From Podospora anserina (Eukaryota), in contig CM030332.1 of NCBI GenBank assembly GCA_017654855.1, forward strand, positions 1,116,001 to 1,180,000: DNA of 64,000 nucleotides, read 5' to 3'. How positions within the stretch are numbered: the stretch's first letter is position 1; every line of letters starts with the position of its first letter. The notes under the pieces were generated by a model. The model had not been told where the DNA came from, searched no databases, and saw only the letters and a program-made list of their open reading frames with translations. Of the stretch, positions 50,310-64,000 are shown piece after piece. A program made the position numbers and the translations under genes.

Positions 50310-53300
50310 GGGACCTAATGCAGGTGCAGAGAAAGAGGATGTGAGAAGGGGTCTTTGGGAGTTGACTTTGGAATCTTTGTTGGAAACAGATGGACGAGCC
50401 GGGCCTCTGATGCTCATGAAACATTGCCGGCGGGGAGTTTGACGGTCTCCTTTGGGCTTCGCGCGTTCCTTCAGCTTGTGTCACTTTGTACGACTACTCC
50501 TCTTGTCACTATAGTCACCCCCCACCAACAGCATTGGCGATGGGGAAGGACACAGTATCAAGTGTTTTGCCTGTTCATTCGACCACAGCATCTCTGCCCA
50601 TTTGACACGGAGTGTGTGCATAGTGACCGGATTGATCCGCCAAACAGCCGCTTTTTGTCATCAGATCATGGCAAGATGTAATGTTGGTGTGCCTCCGTCA
50701 CCCCACACTTGCAAGCCAGCGTCGTAGCGGCTGCGGTTGACTTGCTGGCTGGGCTTCATCGAGGCCCCCCCGCATTGAGCTAGTCCCAGAAAGGAATAGC
50801 TCATTTGATCATTGAACCAGGGCTGAAGTGTGATCGCCAAGCCTTCGAGATTCCTGTCCACTGCTCTCAGTATCTCTTGCCTACGCAACGACACGGCACC
50901 ACGATCCATATTCCCAACAAACAAAATCTGTAAATGGATCGTGTAGAACCGCTGCTCTGCGCCTTTCCGAGGTCCCTGATGCGGCTCGTCCGATTTTTCT
51001 TTTTTGTTTTCTTGTGTGACGAGACAGCAGCGGCAGTGAGCCGTCCCGCTGTCCCGGCCCTTCCCATCATCCTCTTCTTCTTTCGGCCCGAGCTTCGCGA
51101 CCTTGACCGGCCGGCAACCTACACATCGAGGGTGCCAAACATGGACAAAAAAGGCATCTACGGCACCTGCTCTGCGTGCTTGGCTCTGTAGATGTTTACC
51201 AATGCAGAGTAGCCTGGCTACTGGCCTTGCGCCTCTGCTGCAGTTGGAGCTTGCATATGCAATGCGGTATCCCGCAGCTCATTCCACAAGCGCCTTGAGA
51301 TTTTCGATTTCCTTGTTTCAACAAAGGAACTTTTTAGACTCCCGTCGTGGATAGGCACCAATGCTGTGGCAGCATGCAAGATCGCCCGGCCGTGATACTC
51401 AACTGCGAGTTCCATGGTAAGCCATGTCTCCCCAAACCCCCTTGTTCCTTTCCCATACCACAATGGCCCATTTGACACGCTTTTAGATGGCTATTTTGTT
51501 TTCCATCCATTTCCCTTTTCCCATGTTGCACTGTTGCACTGTTTAAAACCTGATCTGCTCTTGGCTGGGCTGCTGGAAGATCTTTTCCTTCTTTTTATTG
51601 CCGCCCTAGCAGGCAATGGAAGAGGCCTTCCTGCCCAGCTTCACATCTCGACATCGCGCCACCTCACTCATGTCGTGCCCGGAAACACACAGACCGGTTA
51701 TCGTATCTGTCGGCAGCTCCCATCCAGAGAACGGCACCGATAGACGCATTGGCGGAGCTCTCCCTCTCACCGGTCGACTCAGCCAGAGGGTTTGCCGCCA
51801 ACAGTGGTGCCTTCCGTTCTCGTCTCATGGGGCTATCGTACCTACCAAGGAGAGTCGTCCGAGTTCTTTTCCCGCTCCTTCCCGCCATACCTACCTACGT
51901 ACCTACCTAGTGTCCTGAAGCCAGACCCCGCCGTCGCGATCCGGTGGTGTGACAGCAACTAGCGGAGTCTCTGGTGCGCCGTCGAGAACCTGGAAGGACC
52001 GCATCCGATGGATGGATGTTCTTGCCTCTGTCTCCACGATATGCTCCATCTTCGCCCATCGCCCTCGCGCAGGGCATCGGCCGGCTGGGTCGGCCTTGCT
52101 TGCTGCACCATATCATGTGGGAGATCAAGGAGATCCCGCCCCGTTGGCCACTAGTTCGTGTCAAGGTACCTATCACTTTGCAGTCTTTGGTTTCCACGTC
52201 CGGGTCCTGCCCGACCAGCTTCGTCAGGGACCGTCGTGTAAGGCAAGAGTCTCGATCTTTCATGGTTACACCACACCACAGGGCACCTTGATGAGGAGCT
52301 TGTCAGAGGCAAGTGCCCAAAGCAGCGAATCGTGGTGCATCGGGCGGAACTGCAATCGAAGCTGCTTTCACCTCTCCACGGGCGTTCGTTTCAATTACAT
52401 GCTCAGGCTTTTCTTCATGAATCCATTCCTGCTTGGTCGTCCTCTCCTCTCAGCAGCGACTTCCGCTTAGGCTAGCTTGGGCTGGCCCGAGACCGGTCTA
52501 GTCGTAATTGGGATTTCCCGCTTTTGGTTCCATACAGTTGTCACTGCCAACCCCACACTTCATAGCTACCAGACTGCTAGGAGTTAGGAAAGAACGTACT
52601 TGACTGACCGAGTCATGTCGATCGACCCAAACGGTCAGGACACCTGCATTCAAAATCATGAAGCCTCCAACCGCATTTTTGCGCGGACAGGGTCAAGAGC
52701 CTGGAGCAAGTACTCGCATAGCACCTCTCCCACACCCCTGGCTCCCATCTTTCTACATCCCACTCCGTCGCGAGTCATCCACCTTGGTTAGGCCAGGGCA
52801 ACGTCAAGTGGTGCTCTCTTGGACAGCTAAAGACGGCCGTTTTTCCATTGGTGACCTGAAACTCGCATGGCTGCTATCAGCACTTCGGAGGAAGTTCAGC
52901 ATCTTTCTGTCTGTCCATGCCCAAGTTCGAGTATCGCTACTCCTTGTGCCTGCCGGGCATACTAAGCGAGTTAAGATATCTCTACTTCATGCCGTGCCTC
53001 ACAGGCCCTGGCCTGAGCAGCCCTGTCTGGGTAGCATGTACCTTCCTGCCAGCTTCCACTGGCTACCCGTGCGGCTGCTTCTCAACATCATCGCCTGTTC
53101 CTTTCGTTCTTGTGTAAGCACCACAACCTGCCTTCCGGCCAGGTCAATGACGGGACGGCTACGGTCCTCGCCGTGTCGTTATTTCCCACCAGCTCACCGG
53201 TTTCCTGGGTTCGGACAGCGGCAGCAAGTGGAATTGGGCAAGCACAAAGAGGTCAAGTTGACAAAACTATATCAGTGCGACTTTCTTCCCCCAAACCTGA

Positions 53301-53504
53301 CTTCTCTCTCGTTCTTTCCCTCCTCACTTGTCTTCATTTCATTTCTCTGTCCTGTGTCTTCGCATCCACAGCATACACGTCCGAGCACCATTGGCTCTCT
53401 TTTCGAAAACCTTTAAAGTCTATTCTCGGTCATCTGTTAGACCGGTACCGACCTGCTCCCACCTGTTTACGTTACATCGAACCAGCTCTCAACATTTTCC
53501 CACC

Positions 53505-54880
53505 ATGTCTGCTCTTGTATCCGGACCCATCTCCCGGGCGGCTGTTGCCCCAATCACCGACGTCAATGTCAACCTTGTTGCTGCCCCAGCACTGCCGTCT
53601 GGCTTTCCGTCTCACCTCGACAGCGAGCTGGCCTGGACTCCCGCCTCCCTGGCGGTGGCCGCTGACTTTATTCTTCGTCTGAACGAGGATGACATCACGG
53701 AGGTGAATGCGGCTGTTGCTCACTTCAAGAGTGCGTTCCTACTTGGAGTTATTCCTGCAGGATCCTGTCGTGTCACTGACGCATCGTTGTAGCCCTTGAC
53801 CAGGATGGAGATCTCGTTGAGCCTACCAACTTCCCTCTCCCTACCCTTGGGCCGAAGCTCGAGAAGCTCGGCCGCGAGGTTCACAACGGGAAGGGGTTCT
53901 CTGTCATCCGCGGCCTCAAGCCTGCATCCTATCCTGTTGAGGATCTCAGCCTGGTTTACCTTGGCCTTTCATCGTACATTGCCGAGCAGCGCGGTCGCCA
54001 GGACAAGCGTGGCAACATGCTGGGTACGCATGTCTTTGGGCCTCGAAACCTTGACCTTTTAACTGACACATTCTGGCGCAGTCCACATCGTCGCTGACAA
54101 CAGCACCAAGTTGGCCGCCGAGCACCACAGACACTCGAACAAGTCGATTGTAAGCCACCAATATTTCGCGCGCTTTGGGGCTTCACTGACATGTGGCAGA
54201 CTTTCCACCATGAGGAGGCTGGAGATGTCATCAGCTGGTTGACTCGCAGCACTGCTGCTGCCGGCGGAAAGTGTATTATTTCCTCGGCCTACACCGTTTA
54301 CAACGTTCTTGCGGCCACTCGCCCGGATATCATCCGTACCTTGGCTCGCTCTGATTGGCCATTTGCGCTGTAAGTTATTGCTTCTAACTGGCTTGCCGTT
54401 TGTGGAGCTTTGCGGCTGACCACCACCCTGTCTGCCTGCAGTCCTCGCTTCCAGTGCCGTCCTGTCATTTTCTACCAGGATAACAGGTTGATTATGAACT
54501 TTGGCCGTGCTGCTCTCCTCGGCAATGAGGCTCATCCCCGGTCCAAGAACCTCCCATCCCTGACCAGCAGTCAAATGGAGGCTTTGGATGCCATTGAGTC
54601 CATTGCTCGGGCTACGGAGATGGAGATTCAAACTCAGGCCGGCGACATTCATTTCATCAACAACCTGGCCATCCTCCACCGTCGTGAGGGCTTTACTGAC
54701 GGTCCCACGGAGAAGCGCCACCTCGTCCGCATGCGTCTTCGCAGCTCCCGAGAGGGCTGGACCATTCCCACCGCTTTGGAGCATGAGTGGGAGCGTGCCT
54801 TCAAGGAGCAGGGCACCAAGAACTGGCACCTGGACCCCATGCCCGATTTCTACTTTCCTCTTCGTTCTCAGCCTAACTAG
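53505..54880 (+). CDS. TauD/TfdA (clavaminate synthase-like) Fe(II)/2-oxoglutarate dioxygenase; exons 53505-53730, 53793-54023, 54082-54149, 54200-54369, 54442-54880
   Basis: GKGFSVIRGL, H-x-E ligand motif (FHHE), distal NNLAILHRR and RHLVRMRL. Four canonical introns. Confidence 0.88.
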
Positions 54881-56748
54881 ATTGGGGATAGCATCGCACT
54901 TTTCTTGGGCATCTTGTGTGTGTGTGTGTGGGTGGGTGGGTGGGTGTGTGTACATCTTTCATTGCTAATTCTATCTCGGGACGACAGTGTGCATGGAAAG
55001 GATCTAAAACTGGCGAGATGGCGTCTGTGTTGTTACTGTGCTATGGGTGGGAAAAACGGAAAAGGAAAAGGAAAAAGGGGATATGGTTCAAATGAAGGGG
55101 GGCAGTTGGGAAAAAAAGGAGAAGGCGCAAATCGTGTGTTTTCTTTTGGTGTTTTAGTATTATTCACAGGCTGGTTTTGCTGGACAAGCGCCTACTGGCG
55201 GCCCTCAATCAAATCCATTACCAGCAAGACCACGTTTTTTCTCTTGATCGTTTTTTTCTTTTTTTCTTTTTTTCTTTTTTTGTTTTTTTCTTTTTTTTTT
55301 TTGTTTTTTTGCGCGACGTAGTCTCTCGGCGGCGGCATGTGGCTGATCATTGCCGAATGGACACTTTGCTGCATCTCAGTTACTGCCAGACTCCATTACC
55401 ATTTCCATTACTCCAAGGTACTATCGAGATCAGACTGCAGCCATCAGGCTGGTAGTGTTTGCTTAGGCTGTGGCTGGGGGGAGTTTTCAACCCCGCAGGC
55501 CACATCACCACATGAAGTGGGGCTCGCTATCTATCGATCTGTCTTTTATCAGATATCATTTTGCGACCTTTGTTCTTCAGCTCTCGTCCCTGCACTGGCG
55601 ACCCAGAATGGCTAGTCGAGATATTGGTATGAGACTGTTGATTCAGCCATGACATCACGTATAAGTCGAGCATGTGGGGGGGAGGGGGAGGGGGAAGAGG
55701 AAGGGGGAAGGGGAAGGGGTCCACACACCAAGCGCGGGGCTTGGAAAGAAGGAGGATTTTCGATGGCATATCATGTCCCAGATCGAGGGATTCAGGGTTG
55801 TATCGGGCAAGCTGGAGGTGCTTCCCCGTTGTGGTCTTGTCGTTTGTGGTTTGTGGTTTGTCGTGCATTGTGACCACTGACCACAGGGTTACATGTCACT
55901 TTGTTGCCTTTTTCAGACCTTATTAGGAGAGTATTTCCGATTGTTTACCGAGGGGAACCTTGATGGATGGATGGATGGATGGATGGAATCAAAAGGCTCT
56001 CTACTACTGTATGCCAGGGTTGTACGGAGTAGATACACGACAACATCTTTTCCCCCCCGAGGTAAGAAATACACACGTCCGCCTTGTGTCAGTGTACTTA
56101 GTCGGCAAAGAAATGATAGCTGGATATCTATCACATATCAGCCGATCTCCCCCCATCCTTCGGGGCCGCCCCACCGACGATATGTGAGCTGTCGAGTTGG
56201 CGGCCTTTACGCACACACACGCATTCCTCTCGGTGGGTTGTATATATCCGAATCTTGCGGCCCGTGCACATGCAGGCGCGGCTGGGGGGAGTTCAGGTGG
56301 TCAGTGACATCCCAGCCAGCCCAGTTCCATTTATGCATGGGACGGTGGGGTGTGTGTGCTCCCGGTAGATCAGAGACGGCGACGATCACCGTCCCGAGCT
56401 GATGGGTCGGTCAGCAGGGTCATCCTGGTTCTGCTGCTGCTGGACTGAGGACGAAAAGCTGCGGGTTAGGGGTAAGCGAGCACGAGGCATTTAATTATCC
56501 CTCGTTACACACTTCTGGTTTTTTTTTGTGCCACTTTTGATTGATGAGACTTAGTACCCGGGTTCTTTGGGAATCGGGTGAGCATTCGTGTTGTTGCGGT
56601 TATTTTATGAGGTTGGCGACAGTTGATGGTTATTGAAGGGGGCAGGTTTGTTGCGTCACACCGCCTGAATGTTTTCTTTCTTGGACATGGCTAATTCTTG
56701 TAGTCTGTGGAGAGAAAATACTTGACATGTGGGGAGGGGGTTATTGAC

Positions 56749-56890
<142 letters not shown>

Positions 56891-56902
56891 CCGGATGTTG
56901 CT

Positions 56903-56934
<32 letters not shown>

Positions 56935-59194
56935 GTTTTGTTTTGCGTTCGATCTCCCATGTGGTTCGTCACACACACCCATTTTCCAAATACGAGACAG
57001 CGACAGCTAGCCGGATTCCAAACCTGCAGCTACCCCTCCCGCTCTAGAGTGGCCTGTTGCTTTTGGTGAAAATACAAACTAGGCCCGCGGATGAGGTGAA
57101 GTTAAACCCCCCCTGTTGACAGATGATTGGCTGCCACTGAAAACCCTCGTTGGTGGTGGTGGTTGGGAGAACGAATTTCTTGAGAACGGGTAGTGTACCG
57201 TGGAGTACCAGGCATTTCTTTTTTTTTATTCTCCCCTCACAACGCCATATTTTGGCTTGCCAACTAAGCCATAGCGAATCATGGTGCTTGTTCGGTGTTT
57301 TTTCCCATCAACCATCAACCGCCGATTATGTACCTTGTTGGACTTTTTTTTCTTGGGAGTTTTGGATACTTTCGGCAGCTATGATAGGAAAGGGGGAAAA
57401 GGGGAATTGCTGCGGAGGATTTAGGTTTACTTTCTTTTTTCTAAAAGACAACAACAATGGCAGGCAGAAAGCGAAAACGAGAGATATCAACTACACGGAT
57501 GGATCATTTTGGGGGCGGAAGGTGTTCGAGAGGTTACTGAAGTTTCACACTGTGGTTGGTTGTACTTCTTATTCGTATCATCTCCCGGACCCGGAGGACG
57601 GACATAACGCGACACCGCAGCACGGCACCAAACCCTACGGGAGCAACAGCACCGGGGTCTTACTGGGACCCTTATGCGTGGGCGCTGCCGTTGTCGTCGT
57701 CGTTGGTGTCCTTGTCGGAGGTAAGCACCCGATTATCATCACACCGCGCAAAGGCCGGTGAATAGTTTTGGGATAGTGTAAGTCGAGGTCGACATCCGAT
57801 GAGGAGTAGAAGGGGGAGCGGTTTTCACACTGGGTACATGTACCGGCGGATACTGTGACAAGCATCGCGAATTCTGTCTGTGATACAGTTTGTCACATCA
57901 CCATGCCTAACTGTGCTGGCGGTCTCAGTCAATGTGCATAAACACCTCACGTTTTTGGATGGTGAGAGTGGGGATTCGGGCATATTTCCGGAGGTACAGA
58001 TTTAGAAAGATGGATCATCACCCACCAACCGGGTAGATCACTTGGGGGAAGAAAAGGTGTGGTGCCACGACAGCAAGCCGGACGCCACGATACAAGGCCA
58101 CACTTTTGACGGCTGGAAACGGGAGGGGGGATCTCGAGGGGATCAAAATTCTTCAGTGATGGGTGGTGATTGGTGACACAAATTGTTTGCGAGCAAACAA
58201 CGCCACGAGGACGCCACACTTTGTTGGCTTGAACGGATGAGTTTGCGAGCGGAAGCTGGACAGACACATACCCGGACAGCCACTTGATTATTGAAAGATG
58301 CCGAAAGAGAAGCCGGTGAGGGGTGATCGGTGCCGATAACCTGGTTGATGTAGCGCGTGCCGATGAGCGAGGTTAACGCCGTTGAGGTTCGGAAATTATA
58401 ACATGTGTAGACCGGCCAGAAACACACTGTTTCCGCTGCGATCGTACGTTCAGCAAGCCACGTTTTGATCGGTGAGGAGGCAAACACGGAGACAAAGATG
58501 CAGGAAGGTGCACATCGGGGTTGTTTGTCTTTTTAAGGAGCGTAAAAGGTCGGATCGAGGACTTGGTGTTGGCTTGATGTTAGTGTGAAGCAATTGCAGA
58601 TAAGGCTGAGGTGGGTGGGACTAACCATGGGGACGACAAGGGGGTTGTAGTGTGAGTATGTCGTCATCTATTGACTTGTTAGATCCGCCGACATAGGGGG
58701 CTTGGCAGAAGAGGAAGGAGGGAAGGAGGGAAGGAGGTATTGGTGTTTCCGTGTGACTGGGATACCTAGGATAGAGAAGGTAGAGAGAAAAGGGGTAAAT
58801 AGGGGTAACGTGGAGCATCACAGAGGTGCAACCAAGAGCACACCCACTTTACTTATCAACATCAGATGCTCTGGAGAAAAAGTTGAATAGCAGTCTGCCA
58901 ACTCGTTTGGTGTTCGATAACATTATCATCAACTCGCCCCACATGTCATCGATGCCATGACTCTGTTTACTTTTGTATAACCGCCCTTGGGCATGGCAGT
59001 TGAATCCCAGCCATGGATTGCGCTGTTGAGACACGAAGGGATAAATAAACAAAATGTTGCGTTTCTTGATGAGTTGCTACATAGAAAATAACTAGAGAGT
59101 GTCTACTTGTAGTGCTGTTCTATCCTTTAACTCTTGTCTCTGTTTCCACACCTCCACTCTAAACGGGTATCACCAACGCGCCCATCACCACCCC

Positions 59195-62100
59195 TCAAGC
59201 AGCCTTCGCAAACCACCTCCTCCAAAACGGCACCCTCACCTTCCCATCCTCCTCCACAAAATTATCCCTCACCACACTCAAAAACACCCTCTCCAACGTC
59301 GGCGCGCCCACAGTGTAATCCTCCAGCCCCAACCTTTCCTTGCTCTCCTCAATCAGCTCAATCAACCTCCCCACCCCCCCCCCCTTCACAACCTGCTGCT
59401 CCGTCTTGCTGCTCACGGCAGAGACACTATCCCGCTCATCGTCCTTGCCAGTAACAGTCGCCACCCTGGAAGGCGCCGCCGAAACAAACAAACTGGGCAC
59501 TACAAACCTCACCTGCCCGCCCAAGCTCCGACCTTCAAACACCGTCCCCTCTCCAAACTGCCCCCTCACCCATTGCTCCACCGTTTCGACTTCTTTCTGG
59601 GTAGGAGTAGGTGCTGACCTGAGGACCAGCTGGACACAAACACTGTCACTATATTCCCGTCTCAGCTCCTCCGTCGTTCCCAACGCGAGTAATTTTCCCC
59701 CAGCCAAAATCGCCGCCCTCGTAGCCAACGCGTCAGCCTCTTCCATACTGTGCGTGGTCAACAGCAGCGACCTTCCAGGTGCAGAAGCGATATGGCTAAG
59801 CACCTTCCACATCTTCCTCTTGGCGGCTGCGTCCATGGAGCTGCTCGGTTCGTCGAGCACCAAAACGGCAGGGTTGCCCATCAGAGCGATAGCCAACGAC
59901 AGCTTCCTCTTGTTTCCACCGGAGAGCTTGGTGGCAAGCTTATCCGCGTGGGGGGCCAAGCCAACTTGGTTCATCACCTCTGTGACGTTGAGTTCGGTCT
60001 CGCTGGGGGGGATGCCCTTGATTTTGGCGTAGAAGCGGAGGTGCTGGCGGGCGGTGAGGAGGTCCAAGGCGTCGAACTGGGGACAGACCCCGATGGCGGA
60101 GTTGATGGTTGATTTGGCCGAGGAAGAGGAGGAGATGTCCTCGCCTCGGAGGAAGACTTGGCCGCTGTCGGGGGCGAGTTCGCCGCGGATGAGGTTGACG
60201 ACTGTGGTTTTGCCTGCTCCGTTGGGACCGAGGAGGGCGATGATCTCGCCCTGGGAGAGGGAGAAAGTTACATCGGAGACGGCGGTGTTGGTGCCGAATG
60301 ATTTGCTGATGTGGGAGATGGAAAGGAGCTCATTTTCGGCAGGGGTGGAGTTGAGGCTGGGCTGCAGCTTTGCTTCTTGGTGGGAGGGGAGTGTTGCAGC
60401 GGTGTTGTCGGTCACGGGTGAAGTCTTCTCTTTCCGTGAGGGCATCAAAGAAAGAGAGAGGTCTTTGTCGAGAACACAGAGAATGAAGGCAAAGGCAATC
60501 ACCTGAAGAACGAGGTAGCAGATGGGAAAGCCGTACCCCCACCACGATCCAGCAGGTGCTTGAAAGTCCGAATCACCGCGGCAGCCGAGCTGGTACAAAT
60601 TCCATCCGACGGCCATGGCGCGAAACAAACTGCCGGCTGGGAAGAAGATGCCCAGAACATGGGAGATAATGTCGGCATTTCGTTGTACAACAAGCGGATC
60701 GCTCAAGACAGAGGGTAGCTAGAGAAAGAACCGTCAGTTTCGACCTTCAAGTCCGGTTAGTAGACGAGATGAACTCACAGTATACGCCAACGCCAGCCCA
60801 AAATACGCCAGCAAGTTGAATCCCAGTGCCCACAGAAACGACGACAGTTGAGACTCGGCCCACGTCGACACAATGTAGCTGACGAAGATGCTCGTGATGC
60901 CATGCAAAAGACATATAATGAACATGTACTCCGGCCCAAACCACACCGGAAACTGCATCGAAATGGTCACAGTGTACGCAATCGACACCACCAAAACAAA
61001 GCACAGATCAAACAAAAAGTACGCCGTCCACATCGGCAGCGGCCGCACCCCGTTCGAAATCTGTAGCGCCCTGACCTTGCTCGACCTCTCAAAGGCCGGG
61101 TACAGCGCGAAGAAGCACGGGTACACCGTGAAGATGAACGCGGCGTAGAGAATGTACGTCCAACTCCCATCACCATAGCCCCCGCCATAAAACGGCTCCG
61201 CCGATGTCGAGACTCGGATCTTGACCCCGCTCCTCACCGAAGAATACAAGTTCAAAAGCGCCATTATATTAGGGGGGTGTTGTGCATTCTCGATTGCCCA
61301 GGCCAGCGTCGGGCTGGGCTCACCGTCTCCACCCATCCACAACGCTTTTGTGTTCCAATGACCAGAAAAGCCTCTGGCATGTGCCAGGTGGATGTAGGCC
61401 GAAAAGTCTTCCCAGTGCGTCATCTGTTGCCAGTCGTCGCCAAATTGATCAATAGAATAGGGCTCACTCCATACGGGATACTGGTCGCTGATGTTAGGGG
61501 CGGGGGGGTTGCCGATGGGAAAGTCCCTGAGGACAGTATAAAAGGTGTCTGTGAACGAACTCGGGCCCATGGCCGAGCTCAGGCCAGTGGAGCTTGTCAT
61601 GTAAACAGGGGAAACATAAGGATCGAACTGTTGCGAGGGTTGGAGTTCGGCGTATAGATTCTTGCAGCCCGGCCGGGTGAAGTCCTGGGCGATGAACCCG
61701 TTGATCGGGGGCATGCAGGCTATCGGAAGAGCAAGAACGAGGAAAGCCCCAATCCAATATCGGGGTATGATGAGAAGGCGTTTGAGGAGAAGCGCGCGGA
61801 CTTGTTGAAAGAAAGTTGGGCGCTGGCCGAAGCTGAGTTGTTGATATTGTTGTGCCGGTGTGAATGATGCCGTCTTCTCGATGTCGACCGCTGTTCTTGA
61901 AACCTTCTTGCCGTCCTCTTCAACCGCAGCGATATCGTCTTGGGCAACCCGGAGAAACACATCCTCTACTGTCGGTCCGGCAACCTGGATGTCAGTCTGT
62001 CCTGCTGCTTCCAGTCTGGCGATCAACTGAGCGGCGGACTTGGAGTCGGGTGTCTTGTAGAGAATCCGGTCTTGATGGATGCCTCTTGGCGCATCGAGGT

Positions 62101-64000
62101 CCAGCTTGTCCGCCATCGTGCTTCCACCCATGGGAATGCTCACCCGATACCCCCCGCCGAGCTGATTCTTGAGAGCGGTTCCGGTGCCTCGACATTTGAT
62201 CTGGCCCTTGGACAGGATGATGATCTGATCAGCGAGAACCTCGCCTTCGTCCAGGAAATGAGTTGTGAAGACCATCGATCTCTTGGAACGCTCAGCCAGA
62301 ATGATGTTCCAGATAGTCCGTCGAGAAACAGGGTCTAAACCGGTTGTGACCTCATCCATCATACAGACAGTCGTATCACCAACGAACATGCAGGCGAGCT
62401 GAAGCTTTCTTTTCTGACCGCCGCTCAGCGTGCCAGCCCGACAGTGTGTCTTCTTGGTCAGGTCGCAGGCAGCGATGAGGTCATGAAGCGCTCGTTTGTC
62501 TTCAAGTCCGCCTTTGAGCTCGCGCCAAAATTGGACATGCTCAAAGACTGTAAGGCGGTTGAACAAGACATTTCTCTGCGGGCAAACGCCGAGTCGAGGG
62601 TGACGAGCATTAATAGTGATTGATCCTGCCGTTGGTGCTCCAGCCCCCGATAGCAAGTCTAGAGTCGTAGACTTGCCTGCCCCATTGACACCAAGGAGGC
62701 ATAGTATTTGATTCTTTGGCGCGACCAAGTCAACTCCATCGAGAGCTTTGAAGGTTTTGCCTCTCTGACCGCAGCCAAACAGTCTCCTGATCCACGAGCC
62801 AGAGTAGACTTTGGTGAGACCAGTTGCTCGAATAGCAACAGTTGGGTCATCAGCCGCCTCAGACAGTGTCCGATTTTTGAAGTTGGTACCGTGCATGATC
62901 CGCTCGGTGATGATGGCCAGGATGGGATAGACCATGATTTGGATCACCAAGAAAACCCAGAATGTCCAAAGGGCGACCTGATAGTTCCCACCCGGAATTG
63001 GCTGGCCATTCCATTCTTGAGGTATTGTCAGGATGGCTTGCGACATGTTCACAGGCTGAGCGGTATAAGCAAACTTGGCCATCTGTCAAAACAATGTCAG
63101 TAACTTGTCAGATCGTCTGGAGCAATATAGCCGTCAGTCTCACATGTGACAGGGAAAAGATGTAGTTCATCTGAGGGAACAACAGCGACAGAGGAAGCAC
63201 CTGTGGCGTTTCGGCGACCCGATTCAACATGATGGCGGCACCGCCTCCGAGGCAACAGAAACAGATGATGACGAATATGCTAGAGATGATACGCTTCGTG
63301 AAAAAAGAGGCACCAAAAATGGCAGCGTTGAGGAAGGCCAGACCATTGAAAAGCTGCCAGAAGATGGGAACTGCTGCGTTGGTTTCGGGAAAGAGTAGAT
63401 TTTGATAGACTGGATAGGGTCGGTCGAGTTAGTCCCTACTTCTCTCGCAGCCTCTCACGCAGTTGTTTGAACAGGACTTACGACACCCAGAGATAAGCCA
63501 TGTCGGAAACTGCACCACACTCAGTGCAAGTATGGTACCGGTGACACGGCCAGCCGGACCTCCTCCCATGGCATCGATCAACTCTGCCGTGCCACTCGCC
63601 CTATCGCCCGACACGAAGCTCACAGTATGGTAAACAGGGACAAGTGTGCTGAGGAAGAAGACAATGGCGTAGGTCCCGATGACCAATCTGGAATACCAAG
63701 CGTCAAGGTTGTCGTTGAGGTACTGCTGGGACGTCCGGCTGTATGCCCACTCCCTCGGTCTCTCATTGTTATCGGTAATAGCATTGTCGACAGCAAGCTG
63801 GACAGGTAGATGGTATATTTGGATGGCACTATCATCGTCATACACGCTGCTGTCGAGAGTCATACCGTAGTGGCGTATGGGGTCGACGATGACTGTGTAG
63901 TCCCATGTTTGGTTGTTGGAAATGCCCATTGTCAGCGGTGAATCTTTGAAGACGATAGTTGCGTAGCAGTTGGACACTCCTCGAAAGTTGGGTGTGCAGT
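59195..64000 (-). CDS. ABCA-family full-size ABC transporter, 5' end beyond the window; exons >64000-63482, 63409-63144, 63082-60779, 60718-59195
   Basis: Two NBDs (GVNGAGKST/LSGGQKRKL/TTHFLDE and GPNGAGKTT/LSGGNKRKL/TTHSMEEA), GVCPQ Q-loops, TLERVFL, and TM segments. GT-AG introns join in frame. Confidence 0.93.

Noticed and set aside
56395-56470. Hammerhead-ribozyme-like words (CTGATGG...GACGAAA; CTGAGGA-C-GAAA)
   Set aside because: The first core lacks the conserved CUGANGA and the second leaves no stem II. I could not find stems I/III with a UH cleavage site.
57556-57883. Possible spliced small gene (GAG|GTAAGC donor at 57721)
   Set aside because: No convincing branch point, start codon or homology.

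Overview
Eukaryotic DNA from a filamentous ascomycete: intron-containing genes with GT-AG junctions and CTRAC branch points. It looks Sordariales-like and is most consistent with Podospora, but that is inference from gene content and style. I reconstructed about 15 protein genes by hand: nucleolar FKBP, an NDR-like kinase (probable PUK1/stk-21 type), YOS1 (missed by the ORF track), adenylate cyclase, an RTC4-domain protein, dynamitin, the molybdopterin synthase small subunit, a small Cys-rich membrane protein, COG4, an Mx-like dynamin GTPase, an SDR, an IQ-motif protein, a kinase-like protein, a Zn2Cys6-like transcription factor and a TauD-family dioxygenase, plus a 5'-truncated ABCA transporter. 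Non-coding features are an intron-containing tRNA-Arg(ACG), an intronic double-guide box C/D snoRNA and a (GA)69 microsatellite. The most interesting observations are: (1) a degenerate homeodomain fused in front of a Zn2Cys6 cluster behind an ATG-only first exon; (2) a snoRNA combining U45-type and U24-type guides, hosted in the cnxG 5'UTR intron; (3) codon-level hints linking the NDR-like kinase to sexual-stage A-to-I editing; (4) a structured long intron in YOS1. All family assignments come from recalled motifs, not database searches.
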